Below, one piece after another: positions 51,166-59,692 of a stretch of 64,000 nt of DNA. Under the pieces are notes generated by a model that was given only the letters and a program-made list of their open reading frames with translations, made no database searches and had not been told where the DNA came from. A program made the position numbers and the translations under genes. Source of the stretch: an uncultured Acidimicrobiia bacterium (lineage in GTDB: Bacteria; Acidobacteriota; Terriglobia; Versatilivoradales; Versatilivoraceae); contig CAWBAT010000005.1 in NCBI GenBank assembly GCA_963786955.1, positions 480,001-544,000 on the forward strand. Reading direction: 5' to 3'. Every line of letters begins with the position of its first letter. Position 1 is the stretch's first letter.

Positions 51166-51244
51166 TGAATGCAGTTCAGGAGAATCGTTTAACAATTGAA
51201 CTTTGGTCAATTGCGAATTCTATCCATGACAAATTGATTGTCAA
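51166..51244 (-). promoter_or_regulatory. sigma70-type promoter with tandem TGAA-N5-TTCA boxes
   Basis: Minus-strand TTGACA (51244-39), 16-bp spacer, TAGAAT (51222-17). Boxes at 51197-209 (one mismatch) and 51166-78 (perfect), 31 bp apart. Confidence 0.65.
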
Positions 51245-51422
51245 GAGTTTTTTGTTAAGTTTCTTTGGTAAGGTTAGAAAGGAGAAAATCGGCGTGAAGT
51301 GAAGATCGTGGACAGGGGGTGAGCTCGAAGGATTTCTCACTTTGTGGAGATTACCTGGACTTTGGCGCTTGCGGAATATCGATGTGTGGATGACAATGCG
51401 GCACTTCACCTTAGAGAGGGCA

Positions 51423-53180
51423 ATGATGTCTTCTAACTGGCTGAGGCCTATTCTCACCGCCGTTCCCTTCTTGCTGGTGACGCGCGTCGACGCTCGAGAG
51501 CCTTACGATGTCACCATCGAAAACAATGTGAAGATGAAAACTCGCGACGGTGTAACGCTTGGCGCGGACATCTATCGCCCCAAGGCCGATGGAAAATTCC
51601 CTGTGCTTCTAGAGAGGACACCTTACGACAAGCACCGCATGACATACGCTGGCACCGGATTCGGACTGAAAGCTGCCGCCCAAGGCTATGTTTACATCAT
51701 TCAGGACTGTCGAGGCCGCTTCACGTCTGAAGGTGAGTGGTACCCCTTCAAGTACGAATCGCAGGACGGCTACGATACCGTTGAATGGGCGGCTGCGCTT
51801 CCTTATGCCAATGGCAAAGTCGGCCTGGTGGGCATGTCTTACGTGGGTGTCACGCAAATGCTCACGGCCGTCGCCGCCCCTCCACATCTCGCGGGGATCC
51901 TTCCGGTGATCACAGGCTCCAATTACCATGAAAACTGGACCTATCAGGGCGGAGCGTTTGCGCAGTCATTTGACCAGGGCTGGACGAAATACTTCGTCAT
52001 CGATACCCTCAGCCGCCACGTCCTCAAAGACAGTTCGCGCGCACGCGGGGATATGATACTTCCACTCAGTGATTATCCTGTGCTGGGATCCGATCCTTCC
52101 TCGGGCCTGGCGGACTATTACCTCGACTGGCTCGCACACCCTCGTTATGACGACTATTGGAAACAATGGTCGATCGAAGAGCAATTCTCAAAGATCAAGG
52201 TCCCAGGTTTTCACGTTGCTGCCTGGTACGACCTTTTCCAGGACGGTTCCCTGAAGAACTATCTGGGCATTAAGGCACAAGGCGGTAGTGAAGCGGCTCG
52301 AAACAACCAGCGGCTGTTGGTGATCGCGGGCGGCCACGCAGGTCTTATACCGAAAATCGGGGATATCGACTTCGGCAAGGATTCTGTCCCGGACCTTACA
52401 GCCTTGACCCTTCGTTGGTACGACCACCTGCTCAAGGACGTTGATAACGGCATCAGTCGGGAAAAACCGGTGAAGATTTTCGTTATGGGCAAGAATATTT
52501 GGCGCGAGGAAGACAGTTGGCCACTCGCACGCGCCAGAGAGACAAGATATTACCTGCACTCCGCCGGCAAAGCGAATACGCTCGGTGGCGACGGGACGTT
52601 GCGCACGACGCCACCCGCAATTGAAGCTCCCGACAAGTACGTTTATGATCCCGCGGACCCCGTTCCGACACGTGGCGGCCCTGTTCCTCTCCATGAATCT
52701 GCCGGTCCAGTCGACCAAAGGCCCACGGAAAGGCGCCAGGACGTATTGGTCTATACGACTCCCGACTTCCAACAGGACACCGAGGTAACCGGCCCAGTCA
52801 CTTTGGAACTCTACGTGAGCTCATCGGCTGTAGATACGGATTTTACCGCGAAGTTAATCGATGTGTGGCCGAACGGCAACGCCGAGAATCTGCTCGATGG
52901 AATTCTGCGCGCGCGTTATCGGAATTCAATGGAAAAGGCTGAGTTTATGAATCCGGGTGAGATATACAAACTGACAATCAACCTCTGGTCAACCTCCAAC
53001 GTGTTCCTGGCAGGGCACAAGCTGCGGGTGGAAGTCTCAAGCAGTAATTTTCCCCGATTCGACCGAAATCTAAATACTGGCGAGGATCCGGAAAGTGGCA
53101 CGCGTATGATCAAGGCTTCCAACTTGGTGTACCATGATCGAGAGCATCCCTCGGCTCTAGTTGTACCGATTGCACCTTAG
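51423..53180 (+). CDS. CocE/NonD family serine hydrolase
   Basis: MKTRDGVTLGADIYRP, ERTPY, QDCRGRFTSEG, DGYDTVEW, GMSYVG nucleophile elbow and SSSNFPRFDRNLNTG. Signal-like N-terminus. Confidence 0.93.
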   Translation: MMSSNWLRPILTAVPFLLVTRVDAREPYDVTIENNVKMKTRDGVTLGADIYRPKADGKFPVLLERTPYDKHRMTYAGTGFGLKAAAQGYVYIIQDCRGRFTSEGEWYPFKYESQDGYDTVEWAAALPYANGKVGLVGMSYVGVTQMLTAVAAPPHLAGILPVITGSNYHENWTYQGGAFAQSFDQGWTKYFVIDTLSRHVLKDSSRARGDMILPLSDYPVLGSDPSSGLADYYLDWLAHPRYDDYWKQWSIEEQFSKIKVPGFHVAAWYDLFQDGSLKNYLGIKAQGGSEAARNNQRLLVIAGGHAGLIPKIGDIDFGKDSVPDLTALTLRWYDHLLKDVDNGISREKPVKIFVMGKNIWREEDSWPLARARETRYYLHSAGKANTLGGDGTLRTTPPAIEAPDKYVYDPADPVPTRGGPVPLHESAGPVDQRPTERRQDVLVYTTPDFQQDTEVTGPVTLELYVSSSAVDTDFTAKLIDVWPNGNAENLLDGILRARYRNSMEKAEFMNPGEIYKLTINLWSTSNVFLAGHKLRVEVSSSNFPRFDRNLNTGEDPESGTRMIKASNLVYHDREHPSALVVPIAP

Positions 53181-53397
53181 AATCAGGAATAATCATGATA
53201 TGCAGAGCACCGTTTGTCGGTCGATTCCCCAATTTTCAGAATTTAATGAAACGAGGATGGAAACTGGGCGTAACAATTGGGATCGGTGGCTCCCCGATCC
53301 CCTTTCTCCAACCAGCGGCGGACCGTTTGGCAGACTCTGCTCGTCTACAGCTAAAACTAGAATTCGGGTCTACCAACTGCGTGCTCTTGATGTGATC

Positions 53398-53826
53398 TTA
53401 CTTGAGAAAGTGTCCTGCCACCCTCCACTTTCCGTCTTTGTCCTTCATGGGAGTGACTGTTTCGATGGCGGCTTTCTTGTTTGCAAAAGAGGTATCAAAT
53501 TGGAGGATGACGTACTCTCCATCCGGCCCGCCAGGCATCGTCTTTGTGTATTGAGCATGTTTCAATTTTCTGGATTCGAGTTTCCCCAGTGGTTCCCGAA
53601 CTGATTTCACGGCACTCTCCCATTGTTGGGCTGTCACTCTCTGCTTGAAGAAAGACGCGGCCTCATTCCAGCTTTGCGAATACTGGCCTGCATCAACCAG
53701 TCCCAGCCAAGATTCGGCGGCTTCTTGAGCAAGCTTTTCAACCTTTTGTTCTGCCTGAAAGACCGGTGCAGAAACTTCGAGCAGGCCCAGACCGAAAAAG
53801 AGTGACACTAGGTACAAGTTTTTCAT
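53398..53826 (-). CDS. DUF4019-domain exported protein
   Basis: AAESWLGLVDAGQY...PLG...PDGEYVILQFDTSF...ETVT...WRVAGHF. RBS AGGAG. Confidence 0.85.
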   Translation of the reverse strand: MKNLYLVSLFFGLGLLEVSAPVFQAEQKVEKLAQEAAESWLGLVDAGQYSQSWNEAASFFKQRVTAQQWESAVKSVREPLGKLESRKLKHAQYTKTMPGGPDGEYVILQFDTSFANKKAAIETVTPMKDKDGKWRVAGHFLK

Positions 53827-53937
53827 TTTATTCTCCTGATCAGGAAGTGGGGCTCATTAGAGGCCGACCGGACAACCCACTCGACCGCTTTGCGATGATG
53901 GTAGATCCAACCCAATGGGGTTGTTCACTAGGGATTA

Positions 53938-54108
53938 CTAACGAGGCAAATCGTCTATCTTCCCATCCGTCAACTTGTCCCCAAAGGACGATTCTTCTCG
54001 CTTTTCAAGGGGCGGTTTCTTTGGGTGTGGTTGAGGCGCCCACCCGAATGAAACGAGAATCAGCAAAGGGATAACAATCACAAGCCCGATGCTGACTAGT
54101 GTCAGCAT
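53938..54108 (-). CDS. Candidate 56-aa single-pass membrane protein (below ORF-track cutoff)
   Basis: MLTLVSIGLVIVIPLLILVSFGWAPQPHPKKPPLEKREESSFGDKLTDGKIDDLPR followed by TAG TAA. No clear RBS. Confidence 0.4.
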   Translation of the reverse strand: MLTLVSIGLVIVIPLLILVSFGWAPQPHPKKPPLEKREESSFGDKLTDGKIDDLPR

Positions 54109-54294
54109 GATTCTGGTACCGTATGAAAAAGGGACACAACCGTCAAACGAATCCCACTAAGAAAGGAGAATTCCCTCAGGCGATGCTACGGTAGGGCAAA
54201 AGCCACGACATAGTCTCCCAATGGGGTGCCCATCCGATTGTGTCCGCCCGCTGCGATGACAACGTATTGTTTCCCAACTTGTTTAAATCCTTGA

Positions 54295-55728
54295 TCACTT
54301 CACTTTGCGTTGTTCTTCCATCTCGACTTTCTCGAGGCTTGAAAACAGATCAAACTCCTTCTTTGCCAAATCGGGCTGGTTCCTAGCGGTGTAGAGTCTC
54401 CCGAGCAGATAATGGACCTTCTTTTCATTAGGTGCCTGGCGCGCGGCTTCTTCCAAGGTCTTAAGGCACGCTTCAAACTGAGAGGTCTCCAGATACAATT
54501 GACCTAACTTAAGCTGAACATCCAGCCCTTCTTTATTTTTGGCGATTACTCGTTCTAATAAAGCGATCGCCTCTGGACGCTTCTCCTCCACGATCAAGAC
54601 ATCCACCATCGCCAACTGAGCCGGCTTGAAATGCGGGTCTAGTGTGAGGGCATTTTCCAGAGATTTTTTCGCAGCCGCTCGATCGCCCAAGAGTTGCTGC
54701 CCTGACGCAAGCAAGTAGTGACCACGGACCGACTGCGGATCTAATGCAACCACCTGTTGATACTCGTCAATCGCTTTGCGGTATTCGGCCTTATCCCAGT
54801 AGGCAGCTCCAAGAAGTAGGTGGAAGACTGCGGAATTCGATTTTTCATGGGTCTTAGCCTCAAACAGACGCACCGCTTCATCAAATTGGCCAAATTTCGA
54901 AAGCGTTTTGGCCAGCTTTTCCCAGGCTTCATCAGTCGGATTCAATACAGCCGCTTCCTTCAGCGCATGAACGGCTCTGAAGTCATTAGCCGCGAGGTAT
55001 GCGCCGCCCAGCAATCCATAAAACTGAGCCGAAGGAGTTAAGTATTCCTGGGCCTTTTCCAATTCTTGGATAGAGAGCTGGATTTCGTTTTTTCCGGTGT
55101 AAAGGGAGGCCACTTTGACATGCAGGAGGCCCAAACTTTCCCGGGCTCTCGTCCGCGCTCTTGCGTTTCCCCCCGCAAGCTGAAGGCCCTTCTCATAAGC
55201 CTTCATTGCACCCTCATTGTCATCGAGCGATTCGAGCGTGTTCCCAAGGTCCAGTGGAATGAACGCATTCGTGGGGTTCAGTTGGGCGGCTTTGAGAAAA
55301 GACTCGCGCGCTTTGGTAAATTCCTTCTGGCCCGCAGAAAGCCGCCCCACGAGGTGCCAGGCCTCGCCAAAATCTGGTTTTTGATCGAGAGCCTGTTGAA
55401 CATATTTCTCGGCATCTTCCACCCTCTCCGTTGCTGCGAATACCAGGGCTAGGAGATAAGAGGCCTCCGGAAATTGAGGTTGTATGCGCAAGGCCTCCCG
55501 CAATTTGGTTTCTGCTTGGGCAAATCCTCCAGCTTGAAAAAGCGTGGCAGCCTCGCGGTAGAGCTCCTTTGGCTGGGAATCTTGGAGGGTGACGGAATGA
55601 TTCGCTCTCAGTATCGGGAGGGAAATAAAGCAAAGGATGATCAGGACTCTAAAATTTGCCCCACGAGACGAGATTTCACTTGCGTTGATTCTGGACATGA
55701 ATGGAATCGAAGGTCGGAAACGACTCAA
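54295..55728 (-). CDS. Secreted tetratricopeptide-repeat protein (start uncertain)
   Basis: Hydrophobic stretch VLIILCFISLPIL, TPR repeats and a C-terminal VHYLLGRLY...AKKEFDLF shared in style with the other TPR genes. Confidence 0.88.
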   Translation of the reverse strand: MSRFRPSIPFMSRINASEISSRGANFRVLIILCFISLPILRANHSVTLQDSQPKELYREAATLFQAGGFAQAETKLREALRIQPQFPEASYLLALVFAATERVEDAEKYVQQALDQKPDFGEAWHLVGRLSAGQKEFTKARESFLKAAQLNPTNAFIPLDLGNTLESLDDNEGAMKAYEKGLQLAGGNARARTRARESLGLLHVKVASLYTGKNEIQLSIQELEKAQEYLTPSAQFYGLLGGAYLAANDFRAVHALKEAAVLNPTDEAWEKLAKTLSKFGQFDEAVRLFEAKTHEKSNSAVFHLLLGAAYWDKAEYRKAIDEYQQVVALDPQSVRGHYLLASGQQLLGDRAAAKKSLENALTLDPHFKPAQLAMVDVLIVEEKRPEAIALLERVIAKNKEGLDVQLKLGQLYLETSQFEACLKTLEEAARQAPNEKKVHYLLGRLYTARNQPDLAKKEFDLFSSLEKVEMEEQRKVK

Positions 55729-55751
55729 GGATAGGGACCCATTTGCCGAAC

Positions 55752-56258
55752 GCGCTACTTACAGGTCGCTCCGCTGGAGCTTAACCCCCTGTTACCGCCT
55801 GGGTGCTACAAACAGAAGGCTCCTGGTTAAGCCGGCTAATAAACAACAGTGCTCTCGCCAAGACGCCAAGTACGCAAAGGCACGCAGGAGATTCCTTCCA
55901 GCCCATTGACTCTCAAATTGCCTTCATTCTTCAGCATATCCTTAAAATGAAATCGTCTTCGACAGGCAAAGTCCACTTAACGAAGCAGGGCAAGGTCTTT
56001 TTACAAAATGATGCGACCTATCTGGTTCTAATCTATTCTCTGCCTCCTTGGCGCCTTGGCGAGAGGGTTTTCTTTAATATTCAATATCTTTATTATTCCG
56101 AAGAATGTCGTTTCTGCCCCAGAAGCGCCGGATTATCCTTTGCAAAGAAAAAAATAAATCTGCCCTGTCCGCCGGGAAAGTTCGCTGACCCGAAGAGTCA
56201 GATCTAACAAATCCCAGGGCGTTGCCCTGGGATTTAATATTTACCCCTTTCAGGGAGC
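55752..56258. repeat. Intergenic cluster of three repeat classes
   Basis: CTAC..ACAG..GCTCC units (55754-55825), 18/19 inverted repeat CTCTCGCCAAG(A/G)CGCCAAG (55852-70 / 56047-65), and hairpin AAATCCCAGGGC-GTT-GCCCTGGGATTT (56209-35). Confidence 0.7.
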
Positions 56259-56309
56259 CCGGAGAACTGATGGGTAGTGTGAAATTTTCCTATCGCTAGA
56301 AACCCACTA

Positions 56310-58475
56310 TCAATTTCCGCTCGATGCAAATTCCAATTGCAAGGCAGTGGCGGTATCAATATCTGCGTTGATCCAGAGAGTGTGTCCGTCCCAGGCAAAT
56401 TCCCTCGGGCTTAGCCCTCGTTCACCGATCTTCACACTTCGAAGAACTTTCGGCGCAGACCGCAATTCAAAAACCGGGTTAATGCAGCGAACGGTCGGTT
56501 TCAATGTAATCGTCACACTGGGATCTTCCACTATCAGCCGAATGGCTCTCCGTTCGGAGACAAACGAGGCATCCTGTTCCAAACGGGCCCCTTTGAGTTC
56601 CAGGGAAGGAGGATTCTTGAAGCTATGGGCCCATTCCAGCAGGCGGGCATCCGGCATCTCGGTCATGCCAATCAGCCAGACATATTGCAGAAGGGTCATT
56701 TGCTTTGAGCGTCCCAAAGTATCGATGGTTTGCACGGTGGACATTTTTAATGGCGTTTGATTATCCAGTCCCCAACTCAAGATGCTGTTATGGGAAGGCG
56801 TAAGCGCAATGCGATCATCGATGGTCCATCCGGTGGTATTCCCTCTGGCCAGCGGCCAATGGCTTCCCCAGTATGCCGGCGTCACCATGACTCCACGATC
56901 ATAGAAAGGGGAAAAGAGATACTTGGGCAGGTGTGCATCCACAGGGTTAAAACTAAACGCGGTGGCAAGGTCATCTTTATTGAGTCTTACACGATAAACC
57001 GCCGGGACATCGCGGGGGATTCCGATCCCTTGTTGCCGGGAAAAGCTTGCTGGAGAGGATCCAGAAGTCCCATCAGGCGGAAAAGTAATTTCTCTTTTTT
57101 CTCCATCAATGAACAAGATATCGACCATTTTGGGGCTTAAGACCTGATAGGGGAAGGCAGCCTGAGGTGCCAGGACAATCATCTCCTGAACTTCATATTG
57201 GGCGCCCGGAGCACTCGTCAAACTGAGGACCCGCGTGCCAAAACCATCCGGGTAGAAATAGTAATCTTCCACCGGTGCATCCCCCCAAACTTTGTACATG
57301 AAATCGGTCGATTGGTAGGTCCAACGCACATGGATGCGTGAAGCCGTGGACTCGAGAATCTCGACCCGGCTGTACCGGAGTTCTTTGTCCATCAACGGTT
57401 CCACCGAGTCGGTGAACCCGTCGGGAGGAGGCGTCGTTTCGGCCCATTCGTAGCTCATTCCCATGTCGTGAGTGCTGGCCCAAAAAGGGATATAGCAGGA
57501 ACCGCGCCAGAACACGTAGCGCGAGCCATTGGGCAGAGAAATCACCACATCCTTGAGCTGGGGCGCCCATGCCGTATCGTAGCTCATAGAAGAAAATTTT
57601 CCCGTGCGGGGATCTCTAACCGAGATGGGGGCATCATAACGGAGCTTCAACTCCGTCGCCCCAAATTCCGGCAACTTCGGCGGAGTTTTGACAATCATGA
57701 CTGGAATCTTTTTGTGCCAGAGTTCTTTCCCTTCTCCCGAAATGAGAGCCACATGCAACGTGTCTTTCTCCGGGGAGGCGACCGTGGAAGGAATCGGGAG
57801 AGTGATTTGGGCGCGGTGGTCCTTCTCCAGCTTGATCGCCGCTGCAGATTTATTGGTTGCTGAAGACTCGAACCAGGCCTGGGCTTTGGCGTCTGGAATG
57901 TCTGCGTTTCTGGAAATTGCAGCGATTTCGACATTCCCCTTTTGTCCGCTTGACAGTAAAAGCCAGTCCAGCGGAACTAGAATGGCACCCAAATCAACAG
58001 GATTGATGACCTTGTCCGGGCGGGCAACGGCTTCCGCCTGAAAGTCTGGAGGAGCCACTTTTTGGCGGACTAATTCCACACCCTCACCCTGAAACCGGCA
58101 CTTGGCAAAAAGAGCGACTTCGTCAAAATATCGTGCGAAACTCGCCCGCCCTAAATAGGGAGACTTCCCCGTCAAATGGCTGCCGGCAAGATGAAATATT
58201 TGGCGATCAATCTCTTTGCCATTTTGGTAAGCCACAACCCAGTACTCACGGTAGGGTCTCTCCTCACTCTCAACTTCCACGATAACACCCAGCGGCTGTC
58301 CAACCCGGTCCAAACTGAAGGGTGGGCGCCAGGGGTGTCCTTCGTCAAGCCGAATGCGGACTGTTACTTTTTCATCGCAATCGTTGGTGGCCTTTTGAAC
58401 CGGCGCCGGACAGAGTAATAAAAGGCACGCACCCAGGAGGATACTTCGGACAATCTGGATGATTGATATTCGCAT
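56310..58475 (-). CDS. Exported protein of unknown function (721 aa), paralog of 12614..14761
   Basis: Signal peptide; collinear with the paralog over its full length. RBS AGGAG. Confidence 0.88.
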   Translation of the reverse strand: MRISIIQIVRSILLGACLLLLCPAPVQKATNDCDEKVTVRIRLDEGHPWRPPFSLDRVGQPLGVIVEVESEERPYREYWVVAYQNGKEIDRQIFHLAGSHLTGKSPYLGRASFARYFDEVALFAKCRFQGEGVELVRQKVAPPDFQAEAVARPDKVINPVDLGAILVPLDWLLLSSGQKGNVEIAAISRNADIPDAKAQAWFESSATNKSAAAIKLEKDHRAQITLPIPSTVASPEKDTLHVALISGEGKELWHKKIPVMIVKTPPKLPEFGATELKLRYDAPISVRDPRTGKFSSMSYDTAWAPQLKDVVISLPNGSRYVFWRGSCYIPFWASTHDMGMSYEWAETTPPPDGFTDSVEPLMDKELRYSRVEILESTASRIHVRWTYQSTDFMYKVWGDAPVEDYYFYPDGFGTRVLSLTSAPGAQYEVQEMIVLAPQAAFPYQVLSPKMVDILFIDGEKREITFPPDGTSGSSPASFSRQQGIGIPRDVPAVYRVRLNKDDLATAFSFNPVDAHLPKYLFSPFYDRGVMVTPAYWGSHWPLARGNTTGWTIDDRIALTPSHNSILSWGLDNQTPLKMSTVQTIDTLGRSKQMTLLQYVWLIGMTEMPDARLLEWAHSFKNPPSLELKGARLEQDASFVSERRAIRLIVEDPSVTITLKPTVRCINPVFELRSAPKVLRSVKIGERGLSPREFAWDGHTLWINADIDTATALQLEFASSGN

Positions 58476-58501
58476 GGATTTCTCTCGCTCCTTTTGAAAT
58501 G

Positions 58502-58538
58502 GTAGGGGCGAAGCATTCTCCGAATGCTTCGCCCCTAC
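58502..58538. repeat. REP palindrome, GGGGCGAAGCAT class
   Basis: GTAGGGGCGAAGCATTC-TCC-GAATGCTTCGCCCCTAC, overlapping the stop codon of the TPR gene. Confidence 0.9.
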
Positions 58539-59647
58539 TGCGGGCTCCCTTCAGATACTTTTTTCTCGTACTGGACTTTGCGCTTTTGCTTTCTGTCGTT
58601 CAGCGCGGTCAAGAGTGCCTCGGCTTGCTCTTTCTTCCCTGCTTTCAAAAATAATCGTGCTAACTCCTGATAAGCACCGTCCTGATCGGGATTGAGTTCA
58701 ATCGCTCGTTCCAGTTCTGTGACCGCCGGGCTAACTCTCCCTAGTTTGGAATTTGCCTTTCCCAGCTGGTAGTGCGACTCGGAGTAATTCGGGTTCAGCC
58801 GAATTGCTTTCTCCATCAACTGGATCCCTTCAGTGCTCGCTTGAAGGTCGAGCAGAAGCTGCCCCAGTTCTAGATAGGCCAGGAAATCATTGGGATTAAG
58901 GGCTATCGATTTACGATAAGAAGCGATTGCCTCCTTGCTGTTTCGAAGTCTATTCGCGCAGCGCCCCAGGTATAGATAAGCTTTGCCAAACTCCGGACGC
59001 ATCTTCACGGCTTTACTGAAACTGGCATTGGCTGATAAAACATTTCCCAAGTTGTAGTAGCTCAACCCCAGTGCAAAATAAATCTCAGGAGTGGCCATCC
59101 CCTTTGAAATGGCGCGATCGAGCACTTCAAGGGCGCCACGATTGTCGCCAGCTTTCTGATAGAGGCCCGCCAGGTTAAAATAAAGGTCAGGTCTTTGAGG
59201 AGCCAGCGTGATCGCCGTTATGACAGCCTGTGCCGCTTCCGAAAATTGATTCAGTCCGCCCCTGCACATTCCGACCAAATTAAAGTAGTCAGCATTCTTC
59301 ATGCTCTCGGAGCGAAGCGGGCTTAAGATTTCCAGAGCTTCTTTAAATTGATTTTGCAGAAACCGAATTTCACCCAGAAGGTATCCTGCTCGGAGGGATT
59401 GAGAATCTCTCTCTCTCAATCCCGAAAGGATTTTCCCCGCACGATCCAATTGTTGCGCCCGGCGGGGCTCCATCAACGTTCCCCGCTTTAACTCATCCAG
59501 AAACTGGTCAATCGAGGTCAACGCCTTTTCGGGTTGTCCTTGGGCTACTGCTGTTTCCGCTTCATTCAGCAGGCGTGTGGGGATTTGTGCCCAGAGCGCA
59601 GGCAGACACGAAAGGAATAGCAAACACACCAACCAGCGAAGCATCAC
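58535..59647 (-). CDS. Secreted tetratricopeptide-repeat protein
   Basis: Signal peptide ending ALWA and TPR repeats (PDLYFNLA, KAYLYLG, ESHYQLG). Confidence 0.9.
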   Translation of the reverse strand: MMLRWLVCLLFLSCLPALWAQIPTRLLNEAETAVAQGQPEKALTSIDQFLDELKRGTLMEPRRAQQLDRAGKILSGLRERDSQSLRAGYLLGEIRFLQNQFKEALEILSPLRSESMKNADYFNLVGMCRGGLNQFSEAAQAVITAITLAPQRPDLYFNLAGLYQKAGDNRGALEVLDRAISKGMATPEIYFALGLSYYNLGNVLSANASFSKAVKMRPEFGKAYLYLGRCANRLRNSKEAIASYRKSIALNPNDFLAYLELGQLLLDLQASTEGIQLMEKAIRLNPNYSESHYQLGKANSKLGRVSPAVTELERAIELNPDQDGAYQELARLFLKAGKKEQAEALLTALNDRKQKRKVQYEKKVSEGSPQ

Positions 59648-59692
59648 AGAGTCAACCTAATCATTCCCACACACCATAAGAAGAGATCAACG

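Noticed and set aside
54140-54260. Possible c-di-GMP riboswitch
   Set aside because: Only a GGCAAA fragment matches; the required stems were not found.
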